Part shown: piece by piece, positions 51,756-61,928 of the stretch
Layout: the number at the start of each line of letters is the position of its first letter
Position numbering within the stretch: position 1 is the stretch's first letter
NCBI GenBank assembly: GCA_035625205.1
Contig: DASPQB010000213.1
Span: 10-64,009, forward strand
Length of the DNA: 64,000 bases
Reading direction: 5' to 3'
Source of the DNA: Nitrospirota bacterium
Lineage (GTDB): Bacteria > Nitrospirota > UBA9217
Notes under the pieces: generated by a model
Database searches by the model: none
What the model was told of the DNA's origin: nothing
Seen by the model: only the letters and a program-made list of their open reading frames with translations
Position numbers and translations under genes: made by a program

Positions 51756-53093
51756 TCACAGGTTCATAACCGCTTCTTTAAATTGTCTTCCCCGGTCTTC
51801 GAAGTCCCTGAACATGTCGAAACTGGCGCATGCAGGAGACAGCAGCACCACATCTCCCCGTGAGGACTGTGCCGCGGCTAATTTTACTGCATCCTGGAGC
51901 GTCTGCGCGAATACAGTCTCTGTGGAGCTACCGAGAGCTTTTGCCATCTTATCCGCTGCTTTGCCGATCAGAATCAGCAGCTTCACTTTTTCCTTGAACA
52001 GATTGCAGAGAGGGCTAAAGTCACTTCCCTTGTCCAGCCCTCCCGCGATCAGGATGACCGGGTTGGTGAATCCTTCGACGGACTTCACGACAGCGCCCAC
52101 GTTCGTGCCTTTCGAGTCGTTAATCCAGGCGACTCCGTCCTTTTCCCGCACGAACTCAAGCCTGTGCTCAAGGCCGGGAAATTCCCTCAATACGGCCGCC
52201 ACGGACACAGAATCGGCATCAGCGCACATAGACAGCGCTACGGCCGCGAGTGCATTCTCGAGATTGTGTACGCCTTTGATCTTGATCTCATCAGTACGTA
52301 TGATCCGCCTATTGTTGAACGTAAGGTATCCATCCAGGAGGCAGGCGCCTGGACTAAACCGAAGCAGCCGCGAGAAGGGTATCACCGTGGCTGACGTACG
52401 ATTTGCATAAGACTTCACGAGCGGATCATCGAAGTTGAGAATGGCAAAATCATCTTTTCGCTGATTCATCAAGATACGCGTTTTTGCTTCACCGTACTCG
52501 GCAATGTCGTGGTACCGGTCAAGGTGGTCCTGTGTGACATTCAGGATCGCCGCAATGCGGGGATGGAATGTCTCAATATATTCAAGCTGGAAGCTCGAGA
52601 GTTCGGCGACGATCCAATCCCGTTGTTTCAATAAGGCGATGTCTTCTGTCAAGGCGTTCCCGATGTTCCCTGCGACGAGTACCTTCTTCCGGGCACGCCT
52701 GAGCATGAGTCCCACGAGCGTCGTGACTGTGGATTTGCCATTTGTTCCCGTGATACCGACATAGGGCGCATCGGAGAGCAGCCAGGCAAGCTCAAGCTCG
52801 CTGATCACATGTATACCGCGATGCTGCGCAGCGCGGATTTGCGGGATCCGCGGTACGCCGGGACTCAGCACAATGAGATCAGCTTCGAGAAAAATACCGT
52901 CTGGATGTCCCCCCCCTTTAACAACGATGCGGTCGTCGCCGAGGGACTTCACTTGTGCACCAAGCTGGTCCAACGGCTTTATGTCTGTCACCGTAACGAT
53001 CGCCCCAAGGGCATGAAGCGCCCGCGCCGCGGCGACCCCACTCCGCGCTAACCCGACGACTGTCACTCTCCTGCCTCGAAAATCCTCTTTCAC
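51756..53093 (-). CDS. murD: UDP-N-acetylmuramoylalanine--D-glutamate ligase MurD
   Basis: DFRGRRVTVVGLARSG ... GITGTNGKST. The start is set at the GTG at 53093 (GAGGG ribosome-binding site); the ORF-track start is 53153. Confidence 0.85.
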   Translation of the reverse strand: MKEDFRGRRVTVVGLARSGVAAARALHALGAIVTVTDIKPLDQLGAQVKSLGDDRIVVKGGGHPDGIFLEADLIVLSPGVPRIPQIRAAQHRGIHVISELELAWLLSDAPYVGITGTNGKSTVTTLVGLMLRRARKKVLVAGNIGNALTEDIALLKQRDWIVAELSSFQLEYIETFHPRIAAILNVTQDHLDRYHDIAEYGEAKTRILMNQRKDDFAILNFDDPLVKSYANRTSATVIPFSRLLRFSPGACLLDGYLTFNNRRIIRTDEIKIKGVHNLENALAAVALSMCADADSVSVAAVLREFPGLEHRLEFVREKDGVAWINDSKGTNVGAVVKSVEGFTNPVILIAGGLDKGSDFSPLCNLFKEKVKLLILIGKAADKMAKALGSSTETVFAQTLQDAVKLAAAQSSRGDVVLLSPACASFDMFRDFEDRGRQFKEAVMNL

Positions 53094-53203
53094 GTTACCC
53101 TCAACTTTTTTCTCAAGGGAAGCACGAAGCTCACTTCGTGACGAACACACCACGAAAATGCTAATGTTTTCTGTGACTCCCTCGTATCGTGGTCAGAGAG
53201 CCA

Positions 53204-54286
53204 TTATCTCAGTTTCAACGTACTGATCGAAATTAAAGCCAAGATGATCCCGATGATCCAGAAGCGGGTGATGACCTTCGACTCGGCCCATCCAATCTGT
53301 TCAAAGTGATGATGAATCGGCGCCATCTTGAAGATACGCTTTCCCGTCAGCTTATACGATGCTACCTGGAGAATCACGGAGGCCGTTTCGATGACAAAAA
53401 TCCCCCCCACAATTACTAGGATCAACTCGTGCTTTGTCACTACTGCCAGCGTGCCAAGGGCGCCACCAAGAGACAAGGATCCTACATCGCCCATGAACAC
53501 CTCAGCGGGATGTGCGTTGTACCACAGGAACCCGAGGCTCGCGCCCACCAAGGCGCCGCAGAAAATTGCAAGCTCGCCGCTGCCCGAGATGTAGAGGATC
53601 TTCAGGTAGTCCGCGATGATCTTGTTCCCGCCAAGATAGACGATCACCGCATTGGCCGTAGCTGCAATGCCCACAAGGCCGATGGCAAGGCCGTCAAGAC
53701 CATCTGTGAGGTTCACGGCGTTTGAAGAACCCACGATCACGATGACGACAAAGGGGATGTAAAACCATCCCAAATCGAGAAAAAGCCTTTTCAGGAACGG
53801 TACCGAAAGGTACGTACTGTTCGGGTCGCCGGGATTACAATAGAGGAAAATTCCGATCACTGCCGAGGCTAATATCTGGAGTCCGAATTTCTGCACCGCC
53901 AGCAACCCGGTGGACCGTTTCTTCACGACTTTAAGGTAGTCATCCCAGAAGCCGATCCCCCCGAACGTGAGAGTCGCAAAGAGCACGATCCATACGTATT
54001 TGTCCGTTAAGTCGGACCACAAGAGCACGGAACTCACGAGTGCCGCAACAATGAGAAGTCCGCCCATGGTCGGCGTCCCCTGCTTGGCAAGATGGCTTTG
54101 GGGACCGTCGCTCCTGACGTGCTGGCCCACTTTGAGTCTGCGGAGCCAGGCAATCATCGATGGGGCCAAGATGAACGTTACAATGAGCGCCGTCAGGACG
54201 GCACCGGCGCTCCGAAACGTGATGTACCGGAATACGTTAAAACCGGAGAAGGTATCACGCAGCGGATACAGCAAGTGATAGAGCAT
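53204..54286 (-). CDS. mraY: Phospho-N-acetylmuramoyl-pentapeptide transferase MraY
   Basis: Polytopic; [13 protein letters not shown] and HHHFE motifs. Confidence 0.9.
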   Translation of the reverse strand: MLYHLLYPLRDTFSGFNVFRYITFRSAGAVLTALIVTFILAPSMIAWLRRLKVGQHVRSDGPQSHLAKQGTPTMGGLLIVAALVSSVLLWSDLTDKYVWIVLFATLTFGGIGFWDDYLKVVKKRSTGLLAVQKFGLQILASAVIGIFLYCNPGDPNSTYLSVPFLKRLFLDLGWFYIPFVVIVIVGSSNAVNLTDGLDGLAIGLVGIAATANAVIVYLGGNKIIADYLKILYISGSGELAIFCGALVGASLGFLWYNAHPAEVFMGDVGSLSLGGALGTLAVVTKHELILVIVGGIFVIETASVILQVASYKLTGKRIFKMAPIHHHFEQIGWAESKVITRFWIIGIILALISISTLKLR

Positions 54287-55662
54287 TAAAATGCCTCCAG
54301 AATCTTTTCCATCTTCATTCCCCGTGAGCCTTTGATGAGAATGACATCGCCCGGATGCGTCAGCTGTTTCAGCAGCCTCCCTGCGTTCTCTCGCGACATC
54401 GCCCCGAGCACCTGCTCTTTCTTCATTCCCGCTTCCAGGGCGCCCTTTTCGACGTACGTTGCCTGCTCGCCGATCGTTATCAGGAGATCCACCTTGAACT
54501 GCGCTGCCGTATGCCCGACTTCACGGTGTGCTTCTGCCGACATCTCTCCCAACTCGAGCATATCCCCGATTACAGCAATCGCCTTCCTCCCGGATTTAAG
54601 CGATACGAGCGTTTTGATCGCCGCCTCCATGGAAGCAGGATTTGCATTGTAGTAATCAGCAAGGACGGTCCTGCCTTCGATCCTTTTTAACTCAGACCGT
54701 CCGGCTACCGGCAGAAATGCATCAAGTCCAAATTTTACCATATCGATCGGAACGCCGACTGCGAGTGCGGCGGCAGCAGCTGCAAGGGCATTATACACAT
54801 TATGTGTTCCCATGGCGCGCAGCCGAATGTCAATGCGTGCGTCATCAGCCACAATCGTCACATCGGAATATTCCATCCCCTGACGCACATCGGATGCCAT
54901 GACGTCGGCCTTGTTGGCGACGCCGAAGGTTACAAGACGCCCGGCAAACCTCTTTTTCATGACGCCAAAATATTCATCGTCGGCATTCAAAACCGCTGTT
55001 GCCTCCGATTTAAGGTTGTCCAGGAGTTCACCTTTCGCCTGCGCAACATTGTCCATCGTGCCGAGAAACTCAAGGTGTGCGGGACCGATGTTGGTTATGA
55101 CCCCGACCGTGGGCATGACAATCCTCGCAAGCAGGTCAATCTCCCCCGGCGCGCTCATTCCCATTTCGATGACGCCTGACCAGTGGCTGCCGTTCATTTT
55201 CAAGAGTGTAAGCGGAACGCCGATATGGTTGTTCAAGTTGCCCTCGTTCTTGAGCACCGGCCCTTTCTGTTTCAGGATGGACGCAAGCATTTCCTTAGTC
55301 GTAGTCTTGCCATTCGAACCCGTGATGCCGACGACGGGGATGGCGAATTTTTTTCGGTGTAAATGAGCCATCTCCTGGAGAGCATAGAGCGTATCTTCTA
55401 CCGGAAGGATGTTCTTCAAGCCTCCGAGGTTCGAGAACTTTTGTTCCAGTTCGGTCCGTTCCACGAGCGCACCCCAAGCGCCTTTCTTGATCGCATCCTT
55501 GACAAAATCATGGCCGTCAAAATGGTCACCCTTAAGAGCGATGAATAGTTCTCCCTCCTTTATGTTCCGGGAATCAATGGACACCCCTTTAATTTCCAAG
55601 CGCCAAACCCTCCCTACAACTTCCCCGAGCGTCTTTTTTTCTGAATTGTTCATGGCACACAA
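54286..55662 (-). CDS. murF: UDP-MurNAc-tripeptide--D-alanyl-D-alanine ligase MurF
   Basis: [14 protein letters not shown] and a Mur-ligase C-terminal domain. Confidence 0.9.
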   Translation of the reverse strand: MCAMNNSEKKTLGEVVGRVWRLEIKGVSIDSRNIKEGELFIALKGDHFDGHDFVKDAIKKGAWGALVERTELEQKFSNLGGLKNILPVEDTLYALQEMAHLHRKKFAIPVVGITGSNGKTTTKEMLASILKQKGPVLKNEGNLNNHIGVPLTLLKMNGSHWSGVIEMGMSAPGEIDLLARIVMPTVGVITNIGPAHLEFLGTMDNVAQAKGELLDNLKSEATAVLNADDEYFGVMKKRFAGRLVTFGVANKADVMASDVRQGMEYSDVTIVADDARIDIRLRAMGTHNVYNALAAAAAALAVGVPIDMVKFGLDAFLPVAGRSELKRIEGRTVLADYYNANPASMEAAIKTLVSLKSGRKAIAVIGDMLELGEMSAEAHREVGHTAAQFKVDLLITIGEQATYVEKGALEAGMKKEQVLGAMSRENAGRLLKQLTHPGDVILIKGSRGMKMEKILEAF

Positions 55663-55726
55663 CGATATTGCATGTTCCCGGGTCCATGCAGTCTCTTAAA
55701 AAAGCGATCCCCTCCTGCATCGCGCA

Positions 55727-57262
55727 TCACAACCATCTCCTTTTTAGCATCTCATCCCTGGCTACTTCCCGGTCGTCAAAGTGGATCTTTTTTTCTCCAA
55801 TGATCTGGTAATCTTCATGCCCTTTGCCTGCCAGGACAACAACGTCTCCGGGTTTCCCCATGGCAAAGGCCGCCTTGATTGCGTCACGTCGGTCGGGAAT
55901 GACCAGATAAGGCGTCTTGCCGGTACCTGCCGTGCTGCCCGGATCGAGGTTTTCAACTTTCACTGCGATCGATACCATGCCGTCTTCTATCTCTCCGATA
56001 ATCGACAGCACATCCTCGGTCCTGGGGTTATCTGTTGTGATGATCACAATATCGCTCCCCTTCGCCGCGACACGGCCCATCTTCGGTCGCTTCGTCCGAT
56101 CACGGTCGCCTCCGCACCCAAAGACGGTTATGACCCGTCCCTCGGTGATCTCCCGGACGGCTTCAAGCAGCCTCTCGAGGGCGTCCTCCGTATGAGCATA
56201 ATCAACGATTACGCCGAAGGGCTTTCCGTCCCCTATCTTTTCCATGCGTCCAGGAACGGCTCGCATGGTTCTCAAGCCCTCTGCAATCACCGTGGTCTTG
56301 AAACCCATAGCAACGCCGATCGCTGTGGCGATGAGGATATTATAGATGTTGTGCCTGCCCACGAGCGGCGATTCGACTGTTACCAGCCCTGAAGGTGTAG
56401 CGACGTCGAAGGTGAGACCGTGAATGCCGTGGTGCATCGCTCCCAGGGGCCGCACATCTGCGCGCACTGAAAGACCCGTCGTGATTACTCTCGCCTTCGT
56501 CGCCCTGATGATATCCCCTGCCCGCATATCATCAATATTAACAACTGCGCATGCGTCCGGACTAAGGCCTTTAAACAGCAGAAGCTTTGCTTCAAAATAA
56601 GAATCCATGGTTTTATGGAAGTCCAGGTGATCTTGCGTCAGATTCGTGAAGGCGGCAACGGCGAACCGACATCCCACGGTTCTGCCCAGTGCAAGAGCGT
56701 GCGATGAGACCTCCATGATGCAGATCTCAGTTCCGAGGTCTGCCATTTCGGACATCAATCGCTGCAGTTCAAGCGATTCTGGCGTCGTGTTCGGTGCGGA
56801 ATAGACCTTGCTGCCCACGCGGTAATCGATAGTGCCGATAAGGCCCACGGTGCCGTGAGCGGCCTCGACAATAGATTTCACGAGATAGGTGGTGGTGGTC
56901 TTACCGTTGGTTCCGGTCACTCCGACGAGCTTCAACCTTTCCGACGGATGATTGAAAAAAGCATCGGCGAGGAGCGCAAGTGCTTTGCGCGAGTCATTGA
57001 CGCCAATCAGCAGCGCACTTCCCGCATCGGCATTACTCTTCTGTTCGGCAACAACGGCGATTGCCCCCTGCCTCATAGCCTGCGGAATAAACTGATGGCC
57101 GTCCGAGTGAAATCCTCGCACGGCCACAAACAGGGAACCCGGTACTACCTTCCGGGAATCATGGGCAATGTCTCTCACCTCGCTCTCCAACGTTTCACGC
57201 GGTAGCGTTGCGTCTAATTTCAGTACCTTCAGGAGGTCTCCAAGCTTCACCGAGACAGACAC
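55727..57262 (-). CDS. murE: UDP-MurNAc-L-Ala-D-Glu--2,6-diaminopimelate ligase MurE
   Basis: GVTGTNGKTTTTYL ... DNPR motif. The start is set at the GTG at 57262 after GGGAGGAG; the ORF-track start at 57373 adds about 37 aa that look non-native. Confidence 0.85.
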   Translation of the reverse strand: MSVSVKLGDLLKVLKLDATLPRETLESEVRDIAHDSRKVVPGSLFVAVRGFHSDGHQFIPQAMRQGAIAVVAEQKSNADAGSALLIGVNDSRKALALLADAFFNHPSERLKLVGVTGTNGKTTTTYLVKSIVEAAHGTVGLIGTIDYRVGSKVYSAPNTTPESLELQRLMSEMADLGTEICIMEVSSHALALGRTVGCRFAVAAFTNLTQDHLDFHKTMDSYFEAKLLLFKGLSPDACAVVNIDDMRAGDIIRATKARVITTGLSVRADVRPLGAMHHGIHGLTFDVATPSGLVTVESPLVGRHNIYNILIATAIGVAMGFKTTVIAEGLRTMRAVPGRMEKIGDGKPFGVIVDYAHTEDALERLLEAVREITEGRVITVFGCGGDRDRTKRPKMGRVAAKGSDIVIITTDNPRTEDVLSIIGEIEDGMVSIAVKVENLDPGSTAGTGKTPYLVIPDRRDAIKAAFAMGKPGDVVVLAGKGHEDYQIIGEKKIHFDDREVARDEMLKRRWL

Positions 57263-57380
57263 CTCTCTTTTTCTCCTCCCGCGCAACGAGGGCGAAATTT
57301 GGAAAGGCGGGGATGATGGTCGAGATGACGCAATGGCATCTCCTTGCATACTTTCGTACAAAGAACATCTCAAGGACGAG

Positions 57381-59111
57381 TCACCTGGTCACCAACAGCA
57401 TCCTGCCTCCCACGTCATCAGGCGGCACCTGCAGGTATGCGAGGCTCTGTTCCGCCACGGCCCGAAACACCGGCGCCGCCACCGTCCCGCCGTAAATGTC
57501 ACCCTCGGGGGTATCAATCATAACGAGGATGACAAGTTTTGGCGATAGGACGGGGGCGAAGCCAATAAAAGAGCTGACATACTCTTTCTTCGAATACAGG
57601 CCCGTCCGCTGATCGATCTTTTGTGCCGTACCGGTCTTGCCTGCCGCAGTGTATCCGGCCGGCTTCGCCTCTTGGCCCGTACCCATATCGACCACCCGCT
57701 TCAACATGCTATTCACCTTAGCGCAGGTCTCCTCCGTCACGACGCGCCCTACGGCCCGAGGCCCGAATTTCTTTCCCCCTTCCCCATTACGGTCAATGAT
57801 CTCCGATACAATATAGGGCGTCATCATCATACCACCGTTTGCAAGTGAACAGTACGCTGTTGTCATTTGTATCGGCGTCACTCCGATCCCCTGACCGATC
57901 GCGATCTCGCCGATGGAAACTCCAGACCACAGCCGGCAGTCCCGAAGCAGGCCTGGTATTTCTCCAGGCAGATCCACTCCGGTCTTTTTGCCGAAACCGA
58001 AAGCGCTAATATACTTGAAAAACCGTTCTTTTCCAAGCCGCAGCGCGACTTTGATCGTGCCCACATTGCTCGATTCCGCAATCACTTCGGCAAAGGTAAG
58101 CACGCCGTTCCTGTGAGCGTCCTTGATCTCCCGATCTGCAAGCTTGATGCTTCCGGCGCTGCAATCGAACCGCTCAAGGGGATGTACCACACGCTCTTCC
58201 AGTGCCGCAGCAGCGAGGACCGGCTTGAAAATGGAGCCGGGCTCGAACGCATCGGTCACTGCCCTGTTCCGCCACTCCGCAGGTTTATAGCGCTGCGGCT
58301 CATTAGGGTTAAATGCTGGATGGCCGTATCCGTTCGTTCGGACCGAGAGCGCAAGCACTTCTCCGGTCTGTGGGCTCATGACGATGCAGACTCCTCCCTT
58401 TGCATGGGAGCGCGCAAGCGATGCATCGAGCTCTTTTTCGGCAATATGCTGAATCACCTCATCGATGGTAAGTGTGATGTCATGGCCAGCTCTCGGCAAT
58501 TTATACTGGAAGCCGGGGCCACCGGGAAATACCATCCTGCCTCTTGCGTCTTTTTCAGCCAGCACCCATCCGCTCACACCGTGGAGGATCTTGTCGTACT
58601 CGCGCTCCAGACCTTCAAGACCTTCGTTATCAACACCTGTAAATCCGATAAGCGGTCCAGCGAGGGATTTGTTCGGGTAAAATCGTCGTGCCTCCGGGCG
58701 GAGTTGGACCTCTTCGGAGCCCATTTCTTTAACCTTTTCAGCTTTTATCGGGTCAACTTTTCGACTGAGCCACACGAAATGCTTGTCGCCGCCTAATTTT
58801 CGTTCGAGCATGCCTGGATCTTCGCGCAGGATACGGGAAAGCTGTTGGGCCAGTTCGCGGGGATTTTCGATCTTCGAAGGAATACCGTATACTGAATCAA
58901 CGTCGAGGCTGACAGCCAGCTCTCTGCCCATGCGGTCACGGATGGTGCCCCGCATGGGTTCGATTGTTACCACCTGTTCCTGCTGTCGTTCAGCTTTGGC
59001 CGTGAGTTTTGCACGCTCGATGACCTGCAGGTATACGAGACGCAGAGCCACGAGCGTGAATCCCAGGACCATGATGAACAACACTGCGATTATTCTCCCC
59101 CGTCGTTCCAT
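57381..59111 (-). CDS. ftsI: Peptidoglycan D,D-transpeptidase FtsI (PBP3, class B PBP)
   Basis: N-terminal transmembrane segment, then PBP dimer and transpeptidase domains with SxxK (GSIFK), SxN and KTG (KTGTAQ). Confidence 0.9.
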   Translation of the reverse strand: MERRGRIIAVLFIMVLGFTLVALRLVYLQVIERAKLTAKAERQQEQVVTIEPMRGTIRDRMGRELAVSLDVDSVYGIPSKIENPRELAQQLSRILREDPGMLERKLGGDKHFVWLSRKVDPIKAEKVKEMGSEEVQLRPEARRFYPNKSLAGPLIGFTGVDNEGLEGLEREYDKILHGVSGWVLAEKDARGRMVFPGGPGFQYKLPRAGHDITLTIDEVIQHIAEKELDASLARSHAKGGVCIVMSPQTGEVLALSVRTNGYGHPAFNPNEPQRYKPAEWRNRAVTDAFEPGSIFKPVLAAAALEERVVHPLERFDCSAGSIKLADREIKDAHRNGVLTFAEVIAESSNVGTIKVALRLGKERFFKYISAFGFGKKTGVDLPGEIPGLLRDCRLWSGVSIGEIAIGQGIGVTPIQMTTAYCSLANGGMMMTPYIVSEIIDRNGEGGKKFGPRAVGRVVTEETCAKVNSMLKRVVDMGTGQEAKPAGYTAAGKTGTAQKIDQRTGLYSKKEYVSSFIGFAPVLSPKLVILVMIDTPEGDIYGGTVAAPVFRAVAEQSLAYLQVPPDDVGGRMLLVTR

Positions 59112-59117
59112 AGGCGT

Positions 59118-59483
59118 CTAGTCTTTTGGTTTTTTTCTCTTCACGATGACGATGTTTTCCTTTGCTGGTCTGACCATGCCCAGCCGTTTTACTGCAAGAT
59201 CCTCAATCCTCGCCGGGGAAGCTAGGCTCGACGCCTCGATCCGCAGGGAACTGTTTTCGCGCTCGAGTTCCTGCTTCTCGTGTTCCAGAGACTCGATCTG
59301 ATATCCAAGACGCATGATCTTAACCTTACCGCCGACGTACAAAAGCAATCCGGTGATAATGAGAAGAACAACAACGACACGCCGGAAATTTCCACGTCTG
59401 CTCCTCTCGAACACCAATGACCCTATGTTGCCGACCGGCGCATGCATACGATAACTCTTTCTCCCATAAATTGACAGTTGCAA
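59118..59483 (-). CDS. ftsL: Cell division protein FtsL (septum formation initiator)
   Basis: Small bitopic protein with a transmembrane segment and a leucine-zipper-like coiled coil, between rsmH and ftsI. Confidence 0.7.
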   Translation of the reverse strand: MQLSIYGRKSYRMHAPVGNIGSLVFERSRRGNFRRVVVVLLIITGLLLYVGGKVKIMRLGYQIESLEHEKQELERENSSLRIEASSLASPARIEDLAVKRLGMVRPAKENIVIVKRKKPKD

Positions 59484-59553
59484 ATACCAGTTGCGGTGAA
59501 GCTGTGACCTTCATTCGAGAATGAAACTACAACCTTCGAATTTCGTTTTCCTA

Positions 59554-60483
59554 TCACGGAAGTTTCTCTGCAGCCCTTAGCTTGGCGCTCCGTGAGGCGG
59601 GGTTCATATCAATTTCGTCTGATCCCGCACTGATAGGCCGGCTCGTCAGAATCTTGAGCACTGGTTTTTTCCCACACGAGCAGACCGGCAGTTTCGGAGG
59701 GCAGATGCAGCCTTTGGCAGAAACTGCAAAAGCCTGTTTTACCACGCGATCCTCGAGCGAGTGAAACGAGATTACCACGAACCTTCCGCCGGCTTTCAGC
59801 AGGTAAATAATCTTGTCTACGCCTTCCCGTAACGCACCGAGTTCGTCATTGACTGCTATTCGCAGGGCCTGGAAGGTAAGTGTAGCTGGGTGGATACGCC
59901 GGGGAGGGTAAGGAGGAAATACACGCGAGACAATTTCCGCCAACTGGACCGTACTTGTGATGGATCCCCGGGCTCTCGCCCTCACTATGGCATTTGCAAT
60001 GGCGCCAGCCCTGCGCTCTTCCCCGTATTCGCGGATTATCCTCGCAAGTTCGTCCCGCGAAAGGTTATTTACCAGGTCCGCTGCAGTCTGTAGCCTGCTT
60101 GTGTCCATGCGCATATCAAGCGGACCCTCCAGCAGGAAACTAAAACCTCGTTCCGGACTCTTGACGTGAAACCATGAAATACCAAGGTCCAAGAGCACGC
60201 CGTCGACGCAATTATATCCTAGTCCTGCCAATACGTCGGGCATGTTCCGGTAATTCGCCTGTCGAACGATTGCCCGCTTACCGTAAATCGCAAGTGACGC
60301 TTTCGCCCGCTCAACGGCTTCGTAATCCTGATCTAAGCCGATCAGAATACCATCCGGAGCCGACCTGTTCAGGATCTCCGCAGCATGCCCTCCGGCTCCA
60401 AGCGTTCCGTCGACATAGACCCCCCCAGACCGCGGTGCAATCAGTTCAACGGCTTCCCGGAGCAAAACGGGAATGTGCTCCAC
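59554..60483 (-). CDS. rsmH: 16S rRNA (cytosine1402-N4)-methyltransferase RsmH (MraW)
   Basis: HIPVLLREAVELIAPRSGGVYVDGTLGAGGHA ... ISFHSLEDRVVK. The start is ambiguous: the GTG at 60483 gives MEHIPVLL, and the GTG at 60552 is an alternative. The ORF-track start at 60801 is an out-of-context extension that overlaps the STAS gene. Confidence 0.8.
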   Translation of the reverse strand: MEHIPVLLREAVELIAPRSGGVYVDGTLGAGGHAAEILNRSAPDGILIGLDQDYEAVERAKASLAIYGKRAIVRQANYRNMPDVLAGLGYNCVDGVLLDLGISWFHVKSPERGFSFLLEGPLDMRMDTSRLQTAADLVNNLSRDELARIIREYGEERRAGAIANAIVRARARGSITSTVQLAEIVSRVFPPYPPRRIHPATLTFQALRIAVNDELGALREGVDKIIYLLKAGGRFVVISFHSLEDRVVKQAFAVSAKGCICPPKLPVCSCGKKPVLKILTSRPISAGSDEIDMNPASRSAKLRAAEKLP

Positions 60484-60568
60484 CTTCGGAGCCGGTAGGT
60501 TGGCGTGAAGAGCATTTGATCCTCCGCCATTTTCCCTTAGATGATTTTTCACTCCATACTCTAAACGT

Positions 60569-60928
60569 TTATAATCCCAGCGGGAGGTTCGTCGCCGGTT
60601 TTGCCACTCCAAAGCTTTTTGCGGCCTGCTGGACCGTTTCAAAGACCTGGAATTCTTCGAGCACGCCTGTGGTGCGAAAAATATTTTTGATATAGTCCGA
60701 CAATGCGGCGAGCCTAATATCGCCGCCAAATGACTGGAGCCGACGTTTTTCTTCGACCAGCGACGGCAGGATCGTGAACTGGATGTGCTCCGCTGACTCA
60801 AAGTTTAGGATCAGACCATACATTTCGCCCTTAATGAGCTGGCCAATCACGCGGTTAATCTCAGCCATCTTCGCTGAATCAATCTCGCCTTCAAGGTTCA
60901 TCTGATATACTTTGAGTTTTTCGTCCAT
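60569..60928 (-). CDS. STAS-domain (anti-sigma-factor-antagonist-like) protein lacking the phosphorylatable Ser, inserted between mraZ and rsmH
   Basis: 119 aa ORF. LILNFESAEHIQFTILPSL ... FGGDIRLAALSDYIKNIFRTTGVLEEFQVFETVQQA follows the SpoIIAA/STAS fold pattern, with ATG start and TAA stop. Confidence 0.55.
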   Translation of the reverse strand: MDEKLKVYQMNLEGEIDSAKMAEINRVIGQLIKGEMYGLILNFESAEHIQFTILPSLVEEKRRLQSFGGDIRLAALSDYIKNIFRTTGVLEEFQVFETVQQAAKSFGVAKPATNLPLGL

Positions 60929-60932
60929 GTCA

Positions 60933-61367
60933 TTACAGGCCCAATGCGGCGAGCGCCTCGCCGATCTTGTCGCCGTTCTGATTATTGCGCGCCTCCCACG
61001 CCTTGGCGTCCCATATTTCTATCTTGTCGATGATCCCGACAAGCATCACGTTTTTGGTTATGCCCGCATGTTCTCGGTGCGGCGGGGGAATGAGAATTCG
61101 ACCCTGTTTATCGAGTTCGCACTCCGTGGCCGACGAAAGCAGGAAGCGCCTGAAGTCCTTGACCTCTTGCTTCATGAGAGAAAGGGTCTTAATCTTCTCT
61201 TCGAGCCGCTCCCATTCTTCGAGCGGATAGACTGTGAGACAGCGATCATAGTCCATTGCGAGGACTAGTCTGCCGTCATAACGGTCTGCAATGATATCAC
61301 GAAATTTTGAGGGCACGCTCACTCTGCCTTTGGAATCCACGGTATGTTCAAAACTGCCTCTGAACAT
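60933..61367 (-). CDS. mraZ: Transcriptional regulator MraZ
   Basis: MFRGSFEHTVDSKGRVSVPSKFRD ... second DxxxR repeat. The start is at MFRGS; the ORF-track start at 61499 is an extension. Confidence 0.85.
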   Translation of the reverse strand: MFRGSFEHTVDSKGRVSVPSKFRDIIADRYDGRLVLAMDYDRCLTVYPLEEWERLEEKIKTLSLMKQEVKDFRRFLLSSATECELDKQGRILIPPPHREHAGITKNVMLVGIIDKIEIWDAKAWEARNNQNGDKIGEALAALGL

Positions 61368-61370
61368 GTC

Positions 61371-61440
61371 CCTCCCTCGTGTACCCACCACTTCCCACTT
61401 TATACCACCAACTGCTCGAAGTATATATTTCATGTCATGC
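61371..61440 (-). promoter_or_regulatory. Pmra-like sigma70 promoter with downstream MraZ-box direct repeats
   Basis: On the minus strand: TTGACA (61438-61433), a 17 nt spacer, TATACT (61415-61410), then GTGGGaaGTGGTGGGT repeats with 10 bp periodicity at 61390-61373, upstream of the mraZ start. Confidence 0.5.
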
Positions 61441-61552
61441 AATGTCAAGAAAAATATTAATTTTTCATATGTTACACGGTGGGTAATATATTTTGGCATT
61501 GTACGTTATTAGCGTGACAAAGTTGCCACAATAAAGTAATATATTTGAAGTT

Positions 61553-61858
61553 ATGATCACTAATTATTTCATCGCCGTTAGCGATGAACATGTGAAACGT
61601 GAGAAGGCAAGGGCGCGCGATTTACGCGCTTCACAATGGTGGAAACGGAAACGTTCTGCGGGAATCTGTCACTACTGCGGAAGGACTTTCAAGCCTGCCG
61701 ACCTGACGATGGATCATCTGATACCAATTGCCCGCGGTGGGAAATCCATCCAGGGAAATCTCGTTCCTGCGTGCAAAGACTGCAACAACAAAAAAAAATA
61801 TCTCCTCCCCACAGAATGGGAGGAGTATCTAAATACCCTCAAAAAGGATCAACTATAA
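61553..61858 (+). CDS. Small HNH endonuclease
   Basis: CHYCG...DHLIPIARGG...NLVPACKDCNNKK is the HNH ββα-Me motif. It is divergent from mraZ and preceded by GTGACA-17-TAATAT. Confidence 0.7.
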   Translation: MITNYFIAVSDEHVKREKARARDLRASQWWKRKRSAGICHYCGRTFKPADLTMDHLIPIARGGKSIQGNLVPACKDCNNKKKYLLPTEWEEYLNTLKKDQL

Positions 61859-61928
61859 TTTCTGTAACGGCAAGGCACCATAGATAAAGAGATGGCAACC
61901 TTCGCACTACCTCGTGGCCGCTTGTTTC

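Noticed and set aside
60484-60801. Long N-terminal extension of the rsmH frame (MSQRSTSSSRSCRRWSKK...)
   Set aside because: It is Ser/Arg-rich nonsense overlapping the STAS gene in another frame. Conserved RsmH begins a few residues before HIPVLL.
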